Positions 51,431 through 64,000 of a stretch of 64,000 nucleotides of DNA are shown piece by piece; the stretch's first letter is position 1, and each line of letters starts with the position of its first letter. Source of the DNA: Sulfolobales archaeon HS-7 (GTDB taxonomy: Archaea; Thermoproteota; Thermoprotei_A; Sulfolobales; Sulfolobaceae); contig AP024596.1 in assembly GCA_019704295.1 (NCBI GenBank), positions 2,048,001 to 2,112,000 on the forward strand, written 5' to 3'. Below the pieces are notes generated by a model. That model had not been told where the DNA came from. It did no database searches and saw only the letters and a list, made by a program, of their open reading frames with translations. Made by a program: the position numbers and the translations under genes.

Positions 51431-51733
51431 ATGGAACTCGTTCTCACAGATCCGGAGGAGATACAGAAAGTCGCAGAAGCGTTATCCTCAATCACTAGGG
51501 TAAATATTCTTACTTTGGTTAACGAGAAGCCTTTGGGCATAACCGAAATCAGCGAAACTGTTGCTATGACTAAGGGAAACATCAGTGCTCAAGTTGCGAT
51601 GTTGGAGTCTGCTGGTCTTGTCGAAGTGATTTATTACAACGGAAAAAAGGGGATTAAGAAATTAGTAAGAACAAAATATAATAGGATTGTAATTGAATTA
51701 GGAAATAACAGCTCGCAAGAAATTAATGAATAA
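51431..51733 (+). CDS. ArsR-family regulator
   Basis: [24 protein letters not shown]. Confidence 0.85.
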   Translation: MELVLTDPEEIQKVAEALSSITRVNILTLVNEKPLGITEISETVAMTKGNISAQVAMLESAGLVEVIYYNGKKGIKKLVRTKYNRIVIELGNNSSQEINE

Positions 51734-53287
51734 TGGAGCCGGTTTCATAGGTCTGCTATTAAACTCTGGGTGGGGTTGTGTACCCACGAAAAATTTATGT
51801 CCCTTTAGTTCCATCATCTCTACTAATCCGTCTTCGCTAACTCCAGAGACGATAAAACCGTTTTTCTCCATTTCGTCAACAAAACGAGGGTTAACCTCAT
51901 ACCTATGTCTATGTCTTTCGTTTATTACTTTTCTTCCATACGCTTCCCAAACTTTTGTCCCTTCTCGTAGAATTATTTTCTGAGCTCCCAATCTCATCGT
52001 TCCTCCCAGTAGCGTAACTTTCTTCTGTTCGTCAAGCATACTTATCACGGGATAAGGGGTATTTTGATCTACCTCAGTAGTGTTCGCATTAGTATAGTTT
52101 AACACGTTCCTAGCGAACTCTACTACTGCAAGCTGAAGTCCAAAACATATTCCAAGGAACGGAATATTTTTAGTTCTTGCATATTTTATTGCGTTTATTT
52201 TACCCTCGACGCCCCTACTTCCGAATCCAGGCAAGACCACTATACCCATAGCGTCATTTAGTATAGAAAATTCCCCTTTTTCAAGTTCATTAGATTCTAA
52301 CCATACCATGTCTAGTTTTACATTCAGATACGCAGCGGCGTGAAGCATAGCTTCTTTTATACTGATGTAACTATCTTTATGTTTGGTATATTTCCCTATA
52401 AGGAAAATTTTCGCGGTTTTCCCTGAGGGATTTCTTATTTTTTCGACGAAATTTATCCATTGTGTTATATCCGGCTTCCTTTCAGGTAACCCCATTAACT
52501 TTATTATTGTTTCAATTATATTCTGCTCGTTTAGAATCATAGGAACCTCATATGGAGTATCCACGTCGTAATTTGTGAATATCTTGTCCTTCCTAACATT
52601 TGTAAAAAGGGAAATTTTATCTCTGCTCTCCTCATCAATAGGAAAAGGTGAGCGCGTTATAATAATATCAGGTTGAATTCCTATTCTCCTTAACTCTTGG
52701 ACGCTGTGTTGAAGGGGTTTAGTTTTAAGCTCTCCAGTGACCTTCAGGTACTCTACTAGCGCCGTGTGAATAAATAACACGTCAGATTCCTCGCTTTCTA
52801 GCTTCATTTGTCTAGTTGCCTCCAGGAAAGGGAGGCTTTCTATGTCTCCTACCGTCCCGCCTATTTCTACTATTGTTATTTCTGCGTCAAATAGTTTGGT
52901 TACTTGCCTTATCATAGACTTTATTTCATCCGTAATATGTGGTATTATTTGTACTGTCTGACCAAGGAATTTTCCCTCCCTTTCCTTTCTTATCGTCTCA
53001 AAGTAAACCTTTCCCGTAGTTATGTTGTTAATTTTTGTCATTTCTATGTCTATGAAACGTTCGTAATGACCAAGGTCTAAATCTGTTTCAGCCCCGTCAT
53101 TAGTTACAAACACCTCGCCGTGCATATATGGGTTCATCGTTCCTGCATCCACGTTAACGTACGGATCGATTTTTACGGCAGTTACCTTAAATCCTGCAGA
53201 CTTTAGAAGAAAACCTAGTGAAGAAGTTATTGTTCCCTTTCCTATGCTCGATAGAACTCCTCCAGTTATAAAGATGTATTTACCCAA
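51698..53287 (-). CDS. pyrG: CTP synthase
   Basis: [36 protein letters not shown]. Confidence 0.97.
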   Translation of the reverse strand: MGKYIFITGGVLSSIGKGTITSSLGFLLKSAGFKVTAVKIDPYVNVDAGTMNPYMHGEVFVTNDGAETDLDLGHYERFIDIEMTKINNITTGKVYFETIRKEREGKFLGQTVQIIPHITDEIKSMIRQVTKLFDAEITIVEIGGTVGDIESLPFLEATRQMKLESEESDVLFIHTALVEYLKVTGELKTKPLQHSVQELRRIGIQPDIIITRSPFPIDEESRDKISLFTNVRKDKIFTNYDVDTPYEVPMILNEQNIIETIIKLMGLPERKPDITQWINFVEKIRNPSGKTAKIFLIGKYTKHKDSYISIKEAMLHAAAYLNVKLDMVWLESNELEKGEFSILNDAMGIVVLPGFGSRGVEGKINAIKYARTKNIPFLGICFGLQLAVVEFARNVLNYTNANTTEVDQNTPYPVISMLDEQKKVTLLGGTMRLGAQKIILREGTKVWEAYGRKVINERHRHRYEVNPRFVDEMEKNGFIVSGVSEDGLVEMMELKGHKFFVGTQPHPEFNSRPMKPAPLFINFLRAVIS

Positions 53288-53465
53288 AGTATCGTATCAC
53301 AGTGAGGAATTCTCGAATTATTGGTTTATAAAGCTTACACTTTTATCCTTCTTCGGCGGACATACCTACAAGGGCAAGCTTTTTTCGTTAGTCGCGGGTT
53401 CGTGGTCATCGTCTTGCATTATTGATGAGATTATTCAACCTGACCACATTTAATTTCAATGAACT

Positions 53466-53555
<90 letters not shown>

Positions 53556-54452
53556 ATCTAAAAGCAAATATAATGCCTTAGGTAAAAAAACTAATGTAAC
53601 GGTATGCCTTAAAATCCACACGCAGGTGATCTTTACTTCGTTTTAGTTCTTATCATTTTTATAAAAAATAAATATATTATTTAGTTTTTTTTATTAATTA
53701 AATTACTTATTAAGAGAAACTATATAACTATTGATCGTTTAACTGTAGAAAGATACTTAAGACGTTTGCGTAAAGCATTCATTAATTCCAAGAAATTCTG
53801 CAGTATCATAGTATAAACCAATTGACGACTTTCAATTCTTGAGAGATTATAATAATATCTGAAGCAAGATTCGTAAAATTCATGAAAGTATAGTTTGCCG
53901 TTAGTTACAGCAGTCTGAGAAGCCATTAGGTACATTTAATATAATATATATAAAAAAATATTAATACTATAATAATAAACTTTTATTTTATACTTTCAAA
54001 ATTGCTGCGTGAAAAACTATCTTCACTCAAAATAAACATCAAAAAGTAAGAATAACGCAGAATATTCGATTAGATTTTTTGAGTAAGACGTGCATAACAG
54101 CTATATTAATTATTTAAATATTGAATGAAGCTTCTTTATCTTAAATGGGTATTTTACATAGGTTCAAAGCGGGGAGACCTGCAGGGGATTGATACACCCT
54201 TTGTATAAGTTTAAATATCAATTCGCAGTCAATACTCTAATGGTACACACTGACGAAGTAAGGACGTTGGCAATGGCTAAACAAGGGAGTCCTTCTGTTG
54301 CTAACAGAAGTCTTCACGACATTATTATATTCACTTCCAGGTCAATGGGTTCTTCAGGACTTGTAGAGCCACTCAATTGGCATTCGGGAGCTGAAAGGCA
54401 GGAAATTCGTGCTATAAGGTGTGAAGTCCCATTACGCCGGGGGTGAGCCTAC

Positions 54453-54878
54453 ATGGATATAAATATAGACGATCTGAAAAAGTTTTTGGAAAATAAGGTA
54501 AATGAATTAAGGAAGGAAACTGAGTACTACGAGTATTTACTAAGTCTAGTAGAGAGCGGAGAACTAAGTAGAGTTAGAAGTAATAGAGCTTCTATCGACT
54601 CAATAAAATCAGTAACCAATGAGGTGATTGCAGAAGTGTATTTTTCTCCCCCCACCTTAAGAATCGTGGCAAAACGTCCAATCCACGTAACTCAAGCCCA
54701 GTTAGGTGTAATAAACAGGATATTACAGGAAGAAAAAAATCAAAGTGGTATAGAGTACGAGGTTTCCTCGGATAGGGAATACATCAAGGAGATCTTAATA
54801 AATAACATTAATGAGCAAATAGTATATACTAAGATTAAAGCAGAAATGCAAACGTTATTAGAGCGAATTTACAGTTAA
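54453..54878 (+). CDS. conserved hypothetical protein
   Basis: 141 aa, GGGGGTGA RBS, N-terminal coiled coil. Confidence 0.75.
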   Translation: MDINIDDLKKFLENKVNELRKETEYYEYLLSLVESGELSRVRSNRASIDSIKSVTNEVIAEVYFSPPTLRIVAKRPIHVTQAQLGVINRILQEEKNQSGIEYEVSSDREYIKEILINNINEQIVYTKIKAEMQTLLERIYS

Positions 54879-54885
54879 GGACACT

Positions 54886-56649
54886 TTATCTTTTCATGAC
54901 ATCTAACTTAACCCTAACCGGTCTAGGATCTCCTAAAAATCTTATGAGAGCCTCTCCCCTGTTCAGGAAAACCAGACTATCCTTAATGTCTTCCTCATTA
55001 ATTGTAACATACCTGTTCATTCCTTTCCAAAGTTCCTTGTCCCCATTGTTCATAATAATGGTTAGCCCCATATTATTTAAGTACACGTCTGATGATAAAC
55101 CTAAATCGCTGACGTTCTGAGTAGCTACCATGATTGAAATACCATAACCCCGCCCCTTTTTTACGTATTCTGCTATAATCGAGAAATCCCCCTCATATCT
55201 TAAAAGCGTCCATGCCTCGTCTATTATCACGCCCACTTTTATTTCATCCGGAGTATTCATAGAAAAAATATTCATTAAATTAGTTAGTATCGAGTATATG
55301 TAAAGTCGAATTATGTCATCGTTCCTAATCAGACTAAGATCTACGACGTTAATACCGTTTTTGATTTTAAAATCACTCTTACCAATATCATACATTAACA
55401 CCGTGTTTATTACCTTGTTTAAGATTAACCTATCTCTATTCTCAATCTCAAGCCTGTTTAAAGAGTCAAGAACATCGTTCCATGAGAGCTTATTGAAAAG
55501 TAAACTTTCTCCTTTAAGTTCTACTGACATTTTAAGGGCAGCATTAAGTTCAGCACTTATCTCCTTAGATAATCCAAACGATAGAGACAAAATTCGTTCT
55601 ATTTGCGATATTCTATCACTTATGGTACAGTAATATGGTTCAATTAGGTTAAAATTTGTATATAATGGATTGATGATGTAAAACGGAATACCATAATTCC
55701 TCAGTCTTTTCTTAAAATCCCCCTTGATATCGAAGATAACTGTGGGAACACTATCAATAATGGAAAGCTTAACCGCAATTGAGAGCAGAGTTTCTGTTTT
55801 TCCGGTTCCGCTCGGACCTAAAATCAACACGTGTGGGTTTAATGAACTTTCAATGTTCCAAAAAACGGGGGTTTCAAGTTCAAGATCTCTTCCGAGATAC
55901 AATCCTTTCTCAATAAGACCTTTAGACGGATACCTAGGTATAGTAAGGGCCGTGGCCCAAGGAATTGCGGTCGATATTCCGTTTATACGGGGTAATTTTG
56001 CCTGAAAGAAGTCTGATATGTCTTTCTCCTCCGCAGGCCTAGCCCTTATTCCCAAAGATTCCAGACCCTTTTGAATAACCCTTAGTTGGGCCTTGACTTC
56101 GTCAACCGAACTTCCTTGTGTCATTATTAATACACCATACCTAAATGGCGGATCTCCACTATTTACTCTCTTTACTATATCTTCTAGTATCCTGATTTCA
56201 TTTTGGACTCTCTGGTTTGAAGGATCTGCTTCTAATTCTATGCGTAGATTCTGAATTTTCTGAAATACTTTACTTAGGAACTGTTCTCTATCCAAACTAA
56301 TTTTCTGAATAATAATATTAATAGTACTATTAATATTTAGTATTTTATAAAAATTAATTATTTTAGTTTTTAAAACTTCTCCATCGAAGTCCCTAAAGTC
56401 GTATTCCACGTCATCTACAGCAAGGGAACCTACGAACCCTACAGAACTCTTAAACACACCTTTTTCTACAAACTGATAGAAATTATCTGTCTTTATTATC
56501 ATCTTTTTAATCTTGTTATTAAAAAGATATATTACTATAATTAAATATAAAAGAAGGAAGTAAAGATTTCTTGTTACGATGGAAAGTGTTGATATAAATA
56601 ATAGTAGAAGAATTAACTCCTTGTTTATTTTAATTCGTCCCTTATTCAC
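54886..56649 (-). CDS. Membrane-anchored HerA/VirB4-like ATPase (CedB-related)
   Basis: N-terminal TM, NPHVLILGPSGTGKT, DIKGD, IIDEAW, GRGYG, ATQN. Confidence 0.75.
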   Translation of the reverse strand: MNKGRIKINKELILLLLFISTLSIVTRNLYFLLLYLIIVIYLFNNKIKKMIIKTDNFYQFVEKGVFKSSVGFVGSLAVDDVEYDFRDFDGEVLKTKIINFYKILNINSTINIIIQKISLDREQFLSKVFQKIQNLRIELEADPSNQRVQNEIRILEDIVKRVNSGDPPFRYGVLIMTQGSSVDEVKAQLRVIQKGLESLGIRARPAEEKDISDFFQAKLPRINGISTAIPWATALTIPRYPSKGLIEKGLYLGRDLELETPVFWNIESSLNPHVLILGPSGTGKTETLLSIAVKLSIIDSVPTVIFDIKGDFKKRLRNYGIPFYIINPLYTNFNLIEPYYCTISDRISQIERILSLSFGLSKEISAELNAALKMSVELKGESLLFNKLSWNDVLDSLNRLEIENRDRLILNKVINTVLMYDIGKSDFKIKNGINVVDLSLIRNDDIIRLYIYSILTNLMNIFSMNTPDEIKVGVIIDEAWTLLRYEGDFSIIAEYVKKGRGYGISIMVATQNVSDLGLSSDVYLNNMGLTIIMNNGDKELWKGMNRYVTINEEDIKDSLVFLNRGEALIRFLGDPRPVRVKLDVMKR

Positions 56650-56879
56650 ACATTAGCTTAACACCAAAAACCTACACGGAGTAAGTCGTTACTAAAATAC
56701 GTTCTCTTATGTTTTAGCTAAATATTCCTACAACGGAAAGGTGTCCTAAACGCGAAAATTACGATAATTTAGTAAAGTGTTAGAAACCCATAGTATACGT
56801 AATCTGCGAATAACCGGTGTAATGAAATATGAAAAACCAGGAAAGATTTTATAAAGCTAATTCATAGTTCAAATATCTC

Positions 56880-57095
56880 ATGGAGTACAGCAAAGTTAAG
56901 ATAGGCGATAAAGAAATAGAGCTAAACGAGGAGGTGATATCGACGCTTAACGAGTATGTAAGGACTCAAATGACGCTAGACGAGTTAGCTAAGAAGTTAA
57001 ATCTCGCTGGGTGGGAGGAAGCTTATCAGTTAATAGTTAATACAGAGAGCTGGCTATTTTGGACTCCTCTCTCACTTCAGAGAAAGACCAAATAG
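56880..57095 (+). CDS. small HTH-like conserved protein
   Basis: MTLDELAKKLNLAGWEEAY. Confidence 0.7.
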   Translation: MEYSKVKIGDKEIELNEEVISTLNEYVRTQMTLDELAKKLNLAGWEEAYQLIVNTESWLFWTPLSLQRKTK

Positions 57096-57125
57096 TTTTT
57101 TAGCACATTAAATGCATGAATTTAT

Positions 57126-57792
<667 letters not shown>

Positions 57793-58281
57793 ATAAGGTA
57801 CAGTGAGAAAGAAAAATTAAAAATTACGTTTATCAATACAAAGCGATTAGGACGTGTTTTTCTGATTCATGGTCTTATCAGGAGTACGGAATTCTACAAA
57901 TACTTAAGGGAAGTTCCCACATGATCATTTTAGAATGTTGAGGGATGCGTTATAGTTCCTATCTATATCCCCCTAATTGATGTCTGTAATACATGTTATT
58001 TCTATAAAAATTCTGGTTTATAAACTAACTAGAGTCTGTCATACATTAGAAACTGTTAAAGATCCTCCACCTCCTTAACCTCTTCAAAATTAATTTTTTC
58101 TCAACTAGTTAACTCTTAACACCTTCTCCTACCGTGACATAAAACCACAAATCCTGACCAGAGGCGAAGAAGTTGAATCTCTCACAATAATGTTTAACGT
58201 TAATTTTACCATAGGGGACTATTCTCGGGTAGGTTAGAGAACTCAATAACATTTTTACTTTACTCGGAAAGTGACTATTAA

Positions 58282-59433
58282 ATGAGATTATACGTGTTCA
58301 ATGAAAAAGACATAGTTGAGGGCAGGGCAACTGATGTATATTTCAGAAGAACCTTAGATACATTAAATCACCTTAATATGAGAGACGTTAAGGTAAGAAT
58401 AGAAGTGCATTCATATGGAATGCCAGAAGGGTATGAATGGGCCGTTCTAGCTGGGATCGAAGAAGTTCTATACGTTCTTAAGGATAAGCCATTTACGATT
58501 TACTCAATGCCTGAGGGAACTCTATTCAAAAGGGTCGAACCTGTTATGGTTATAGAGGGCAATTACGCAGATTTCGCAGTATACGAAACAGTAGTATTGG
58601 GTATTCTAAGGCATAGTACGAGCATTGCAACCAAAGCTGCTAGAATAAAAAGGAGGGCCATGAACAAGACAGTTTTATTTTTCGGTCTTAGAGCTCTTCA
58701 TCCCTCGATAATGCCGATGGCGGACAGATCAGCGTATATTGGAGGTGCTGACGGCGTATCTGGAGAATTCTCAAAAGATTTCATAGGTATCACACCCTCT
58801 GGAACTATGCCACATGCATTAATGTTAGCCGTAGGGGATAACGAAAAAGCATGGAAAGGTTTTGACGAAGCGGTTTCGGAAGACGTACCCAGAATAGTAC
58901 TTGTTGACACCTTTGATGATGAGAGAAATGAAGTACTGAAGGCAATCCAAATCCTAGGGAAGAAACTTTACGGCGTCAGATTAGATACTCCCTCTAGTAG
59001 AAGGGGTAACATGAAAGCTATTATCGAGGAAATTAAATGGAACCTACATGTGTTGGGATACGATAATATAAAATTCGTAGTAAGTGGAGGATTAGATGAA
59101 AACGACATTGAACAATTAAAGGACGTAGTCGATATATTTGGAGTCGGAACTAGCATAGCATTTCCACCTAGCGTAGATTTAAGTATGGATATTATAGAGA
59201 AAGAAATTAACGGGAGGTGGGTTCCAATAACTAAGAGGGGGAAATGGCCCGGAATGAAACAGGTATTCAGAAGAGAACCTCTTGATGATGAAATAAAGTT
59301 ATGGAATGAAAAAGGCGAAGGAAAACCCCTCCTTCAAAAGGTAATGGATAATGGGAGGATAATTACTGAAATTCCATCAGTAAATAAGATACGGGAATAC
59401 GTATTAGGACAGCTTGACAGACTTATTCAATGA
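58282..59433 (+). CDS. pncB: Nicotinate phosphoribosyltransferase
   Basis: TDVYF, FGLR..H, GTMPHA, LVDTF, GVRLDT, SGGL, FGVGT. Confidence 0.92.
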   Translation: MRLYVFNEKDIVEGRATDVYFRRTLDTLNHLNMRDVKVRIEVHSYGMPEGYEWAVLAGIEEVLYVLKDKPFTIYSMPEGTLFKRVEPVMVIEGNYADFAVYETVVLGILRHSTSIATKAARIKRRAMNKTVLFFGLRALHPSIMPMADRSAYIGGADGVSGEFSKDFIGITPSGTMPHALMLAVGDNEKAWKGFDEAVSEDVPRIVLVDTFDDERNEVLKAIQILGKKLYGVRLDTPSSRRGNMKAIIEEIKWNLHVLGYDNIKFVVSGGLDENDIEQLKDVVDIFGVGTSIAFPPSVDLSMDIIEKEINGRWVPITKRGKWPGMKQVFRREPLDDEIKLWNEKGEGKPLLQKVMDNGRIITEIPSVNKIREYVLGQLDRLIQ

Positions 59434-60481
59434 TTATTTCTTTCATGTTCTCTATAGCCCTGTTAAAAGATATTTCTACTATGGGCTCCATTCTCCTTAT
59501 ACTATTGTAGAGTCTCAAGGTAATTACCCTTAATGTCATAGATACTGCAGGGTTATTCAAGTTATTTACTTCTTTCTCGAGATCTTCTAACTCCGTTATT
59601 AGAACTCTCCTTATCGTCCGTAATTCCTCCGATACATCATTACACATTTTCATGTCTTCTTTAGATAAAACCTTAATAGCGTGGTCTATTACGACCATGG
59701 TCTGTTCTATTATTGTATTTAGTTTTGGCCAAAAATTCTTAAGCGATTGAATATCTGTTGGAGACAAAAGGAGTATATCTGTAGCTGCTTCACTTATTTC
59801 GTCAGCAGCTTCTTCCAACGATTTTACAAGTATCCTGTTTCCCACAATTTGTATTCTCTTCACGCCTATTACCGTGCTTAACGTTCTATTTGACTGTGCC
59901 ATTATTAGCTGTCTCAGGCTTAAGAAGTAGAGTCTGTCGATTTCCTTCTCTATTTCTAAGACTTCTTGAAGGAAAGCTCTGCTGGATTCCTTTATACCTA
60001 GGTTAAGGTAATGAAGCATTTGTTTTAGAGAGTTACTCATCCTAGTAATTAACCCAGACATGGTGTATTTAGACGGATCTAGGAAAGATTGTATCGTTAT
60101 AGAATCTGGCAACTGAGATACTATTTCTAAACCAATTAACCCTCTAGCAGTTTCCTTAATTTTCTTTATGGTATCGTCATCAAGGAATCCTTTACCCATT
60201 TCTACAGTTATCTTATCATAGCCCAGTATGTAGGAGGAGTAAATTATTTTACTAATGAGTTCGGGTGAGGGTTGTGACGAAATTCTTACTGTTAGCTCCT
60301 TACTTGAAGATTCCACTTTCATAGTAGGAGGGAGTATTTTAATAGAACCGTCCTCATCGGGTTCTATATAGACGCTGTCTCCTGGTGATAACGAAGTCTC
60401 CTTTACCCAATCCGCGGGAAGCGATACCATAAGCGTTGACTTTCCGAATCGCTGTACTTTTCTTATCTCCATAAACACCAC
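59423..60481 (-). CDS. AbrB-PhoU phosphate uptake regulator
   Basis: [19 protein letters not shown] plus PhoU repeats. Confidence 0.88.
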   Translation of the reverse strand: MVFMEIRKVQRFGKSTLMVSLPADWVKETSLSPGDSVYIEPDEDGSIKILPPTMKVESSSKELTVRISSQPSPELISKIIYSSYILGYDKITVEMGKGFLDDDTIKKIKETARGLIGLEIVSQLPDSITIQSFLDPSKYTMSGLITRMSNSLKQMLHYLNLGIKESSRAFLQEVLEIEKEIDRLYFLSLRQLIMAQSNRTLSTVIGVKRIQIVGNRILVKSLEEAADEISEAATDILLLSPTDIQSLKNFWPKLNTIIEQTMVVIDHAIKVLSKEDMKMCNDVSEELRTIRRVLITELEDLEKEVNNLNNPAVSMTLRVITLRLYNSIRRMEPIVEISFNRAIENMKEIIIE

Positions 60482-60528
60482 TATGAAATGTATAAATCGG
60501 TTAAAGTTTATAAAAGTAATCTTTACAG

Positions 60529-61527
60529 TTATAATATCTTGGTAACAATTGGTATATCTCCAAATCCATTTATATGGATAACTTCGTGTTTATTTATATC
60601 GCTTACGGGTATTACTCTTGCGCCGATAGGTCTTTTTTTAACCTTATGTAATGCTATTAGATCTAACAGGAGAGATCTCATCAGATTCATATCACTCTTA
60701 ATAGGTATCATATCTACTCCTGCTACGCAAACTTGAGAAAACATTACGAAATGGTAAAGACCTAATCTCCCCTCCTTTACCCTTTTCATAAGTAATGAGT
60801 CTTCTCCTAAGGGAAGCATAACTTCCTTGAAACCTATTGATTTTATTAATTTCGAATACCTTTCTATTATTGAATTAAGGTTCCTTACAGTATATAAATT
60901 TGAGGGACTAAATAGTCTACTTATTCTTCGCTCGATTAGTCTTCCTACGCTATCATCCATCCAAGGGGAAAGTGAAGGGTCAAGACCAAGATATTCTGAT
61001 CCGATTTCGCTAGATATCTTTTTAACTTCCTTTTCTGCCGTAAGTAAATCTTGCTTAACCGTACCCCTCATGAATGATTCGACGTAGAGTAGACTAGCTC
61101 CTATGCCATCCACATTGTTCGCACTTCCTGCTGGAAAGTAGGGCGTAGTCAAGAAATCGTTATTTATCAATACTGATACCCTAGAGGCTTCATCAGGTTC
61201 AAGGTTTATGATCTCCTTAACGACTATATTTATATCAGTTTCATGATTGAGAAGTATTGAACCATAAACGTTATCGAATTCCTTAATTACGTTATGAAAA
61301 GTTTTTCCATCTAGCTTATTAGGGGTTAAGTGTAACAGGGAAAACTTTACTTCATTATCATCAACGAGGTCTAGCAAAGCCAATGGATCCGTTTTAGTTG
61401 GGGGAAACGCTATTCTTCTCGTCCATATTTCTATTGGCGATGAGACGGATTTCAGCTGAGAAATTGCCTCCTTAACTTTACCTTTGTCTGGTTGCGATAT
61501 AAATCTCGTAAGAGCCCTTATTCGCAT
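60529..61527 (-). CDS. DUF711 family protein
   Basis: [29 protein letters not shown]. Confidence 0.8.
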   Translation of the reverse strand: MRIRALTRFISQPDKGKVKEAISQLKSVSSPIEIWTRRIAFPPTKTDPLALLDLVDDNEVKFSLLHLTPNKLDGKTFHNVIKEFDNVYGSILLNHETDINIVVKEIINLEPDEASRVSVLINNDFLTTPYFPAGSANNVDGIGASLLYVESFMRGTVKQDLLTAEKEVKKISSEIGSEYLGLDPSLSPWMDDSVGRLIERRISRLFSPSNLYTVRNLNSIIERYSKLIKSIGFKEVMLPLGEDSLLMKRVKEGRLGLYHFVMFSQVCVAGVDMIPIKSDMNLMRSLLLDLIALHKVKKRPIGARVIPVSDINKHEVIHINGFGDIPIVTKIL

Positions 61528-61529
61528 GC

Positions 61530-62126
61530 TTATTTTCTTCTTTTTCTAATATTTATAATGCTTAGGAGATCGTACTTTTCGGCATAACGCTGTTCTTTCC
61601 AAGGATCCCCTAGCATATGATATCCTCTTCGCTCCCAGAATCCTGGGATATTATCTCGCATAACTTCTATTCCGACAATCCATTTAGCACTTTTCCATCC
61701 GTAAAGATATGGGATCAAAGCCCTAACGGGACCTCCATGCTCAGGTCTTAGTGGATTTCCGTTAAATTTTAATGCAAGAATGGATCTCTCCATCATTGCA
61801 TATTCTATGGGTATATTTGTACTATAACCGTCTGCTGAGTGAAGCATAACGAAATGCCCTTTAGGTTTGACCTTATCCAAGACTAGTGAAAGTCTAATCC
61901 CCTCCCACGTATCGTTAATTCTTGACCAACCGGTAACGCAGTGAAAATCTGTGGTAATTGAAATCATAGGATAGCTCGTTAAGTCTTTCCATGAAATGCT
62001 TATTTCATTATCCACTTCTCCAAACACCCTTAGACTAAAATTTTCCTTGTCAACATGAGGTGTATCTCCTATACTCATCACTGGAAACTTGTCGGTAACT
62101 ACTTGGTTTGGTGGTATTTCCTGCAT
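61530..62126 (-). CDS. Sulfite oxidase-like molybdopterin oxidoreductase
   Basis: DFHCVTGWS, HGGPVR, YGWKSAKW, GFWERRGYH. Confidence 0.9.
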   Translation of the reverse strand: MQEIPPNQVVTDKFPVMSIGDTPHVDKENFSLRVFGEVDNEISISWKDLTSYPMISITTDFHCVTGWSRINDTWEGIRLSLVLDKVKPKGHFVMLHSADGYSTNIPIEYAMMERSILALKFNGNPLRPEHGGPVRALIPYLYGWKSAKWIVGIEVMRDNIPGFWERRGYHMLGDPWKEQRYAEKYDLLSIINIRKRRK

Positions 62127-62658
62127 AACAATCTCTCAGAACTATAACGTTAAAAGTTTCTGCTTAATTTCTTTTTGAAATATCATCAATGGTGATTTTG
62201 CGTCGGGGCCGCTCACGCGTTCATTGTGAATTGTAATTTGGGATAAAGTGTAATAAAATACAGTAAATCGTCTTAGTGGAAATATCCACCAGTCATTGCG
62301 GTAGTATTGAATAAAATTTGTCGTAGTTATTGAAATAAACTGAATGTGCAATAGAGACGTGATCGCCCTCGGGTTGTTCTATGACCCTTTTATAACTTTG
62401 AAAGTCAAAGTTATTTAATAAGAATATGCTTCCTGGGCAATTCAGGTGTCAATTGCAAACTGTAATTATTGTTGAGACTGGTCAGATAAGGGAAGCTGTA
62501 AACCGCGGATCCCTACCCAGTCAATGCCGATCGTTTAATTAAATTTATTCTTTTTCTAAACAAATTGGATTCGGAAAAAACCCATTAACGGTCCATTACG
62601 AATTCGGAACTCTGATAAAGGTTAAAGTTAGTGATAGATTAATCTATTCGTAAAGAGG

Positions 62659-63219
62659 TTGCATCTGATGAGAGTATTCGTGGGAATTCCAATAAATCAG
62701 GACAGTAAAATTTCCAGCTTACTCGGTGAGATAAGCCAGGTGGGAGAAGTAAAACTAGTAGAATTGGATAACATTCACTTGACTTTGTTGTTTATAGGTG
62801 AAAAGCCTGACCACTTAGCAAAAGAACTAATAAAGGCGTGCCGAACTGTAGCGTTTAAAAGCTTTGAAGTCTCGTTGAAGGGAATTGGAGTCTTCCCTAA
62901 TTTAAGTAGACCGCGTGTTATATGGATAGGAGTAGAGAAGGGAAAAGGAGAGTTGATACTAATAAGGAATAAACTAATTGCAAACTTGGCCAAAATAGGT
63001 ATAAAACCAGACGATGAATCGGATTTCTCGCCTCATATAACATTGGCAAGAGTTAGAGGTGGGGTGAATATAGGAAAACTCACTGAGATTATAGAACGCT
63101 ATTCAGACTACACGTTCCTTACTTTCAACGTAAATAGCTTCTTTGTTTTTAAAAGTACACTAACAAAAAACGGTCCTATATATGAGGAATTATCTGAAGT
63201 GAAGGTAAGTGAATCTTGA
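62659..63219 (+). CDS. thpR: RNA 2',3'-cyclic phosphodiesterase / 2'-5' RNA ligase
   Basis: Two HxT motifs (HLTL, HITL), PRVIW. Confidence 0.92.
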   Translation: MHLMRVFVGIPINQDSKISSLLGEISQVGEVKLVELDNIHLTLLFIGEKPDHLAKELIKACRTVAFKSFEVSLKGIGVFPNLSRPRVIWIGVEKGKGELILIRNKLIANLAKIGIKPDDESDFSPHITLARVRGGVNIGKLTEIIERYSDYTFLTFNVNSFFVFKSTLTKNGPIYEELSEVKVSES

Positions 63220-64000
63220 TGACGTTTTAAGAAGGATTAAACCAGACAATCAGGAATATGAAAAGGCAAATAGCGCCATAAACACGTTAATGAAACTGTT
63301 AGATGGCCTGTCTGCCGAAGTTCACGGTTCCTTTAGGAAAGATACTTGGCTTAAAGGAGATACTGACATCGACGTGTTCGTCTTTTTTGATAGAAGCTTG
63401 GGTGTCGATTGGTTAAAAAGGGATGCGATACGTATACTGATGGAAAGGCTTTCGAGTCTTAATCCGAAAATGTCGTATGCCGAACATCCGTATCTTAGAG
63501 TAGAAGTTAATGGGATTAATTTCGATGTCGTACCTGCGTTTAAGATAAGATGGGGAGAAAAACCACTAACTGCTGTAGATAGAACTTCCCTACATACAGA
63601 TTTCGTGAATTCGCATCTCTCGGACTATCAAAAGGATCAAGTACGATTGCTGAAAAAATTCATGAAGGGAATAGGGGTATATGGTGCAGAAATAAAGACA
63701 AGGGGGTTTTCAGGTTATGTTGCGGAACTTCTCATAGCGTACTATGGAAATTTCGAGTCCGTAGTAAGCGAATCCAGTAAATGGAAACATCCGGTACGTA
63801 TAGAGTTAGCGAAATGCTTCCGTGAATTTAAGGAACCATTAATTATAGTTGATCCCGTAGATCCTGATAGAAACGCTGCATCGGCTGTATCCCTTAGAAG
63901 CCTTGCTACATTTGTGCTTGCGTGTAATGAGTTCATGAAAAACCCATCAGATAATTTCTTCTTTCCAGAACAAGAAACGTATTCCGTCGTAAAGGGAGAT
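63209..64000 (+). CDS. cca: CCA-adding enzyme (3' truncated by window edge; not in ORF track)
   Basis: GTG start; HGSFRKDTWLKGDTDIDVFV, YAEHPY, GVYGAEIK..GFSGY, DPVDP.RN. Confidence 0.93.
   Translation, partial: MNLDDVLRRIKPDNQEYEKANSAINTLMKLLDGLSAEVHGSFRKDTWLKGDTDIDVFVFFDRSLGVDWLKRDAIRILMERLSSLNPKMSYAEHPYLRVEVNGINFDVVPAFKIRWGEKPLTAVDRTSLHTDFVNSHLSDYQKDQVRLLKKFMKGIGVYGAEIKTRGFSGYVAELLIAYYGNFESVVSESSKWKHPVRIELAKCFREFKEPLIIVDPVDPDRNAASAVSLRSLATFVLACNEFMKNPSDNFFFPEQETYSVVKGD

Noticed and set aside
53400-53450. Partial C/D-like motif (TGATGA..CTGA) in a GTGGTCA/TGACCAC stem
   Set aside because: Only one box pair and no recognisable guide target
54189-54446. 85-aa (or 68-aa from 54240) ORF
   Set aside because: TATA-like box present, but no recognisable motifs; cannot support as CDS or ncRNA

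Overview
AT-rich crenarchaeal (Sulfolobales-like) chromosomal window. Housekeeping genes lie at both ends: gatE, class II ribonucleotide reductase nrdJ, zinc ferredoxin, coaBC, pyrG, pncB, a PhoU regulator, thpR and cca, plus five tRNAs and two host C/D-box sRNAs. Between them is a large mobile region at an intron-containing tRNA-Glu(CTC). An apparently intact ~29.5 kb pNOB8-family conjugative element (16620-46155) is bounded by a perfect 51-bp att repeat. It encodes a pNOB8-type integrase, VirB4-like and VirD4-like ATPases, a VirB6-like membrane protein, PlrA and a putative origin region, and carries many TAAACTGGGGAGTT motifs. To its left (~8.9-16.6 kb) is the decayed remnant of an earlier element that used the same att site, broken up by IS256, IS5-like, ISH3 and MITE insertions. 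The most notable observations are: a Kiwa-like (KwaA/KwaB) gene pair in divergent orientation bracketed by recombination motifs; a wHTH + D..ExE nuclease-like domain fused to the coupling ATPase, a candidate for the unidentified relaxase; a convergent, antisense-overlapping RelE-like toxin/partner module present twice; C/D-box-like RNAs inside the mobile remnant; and stand-alone mini IS200/IS605 (omegaRNA-like) elements. All family assignments come from motif recognition by eye, not database searches.
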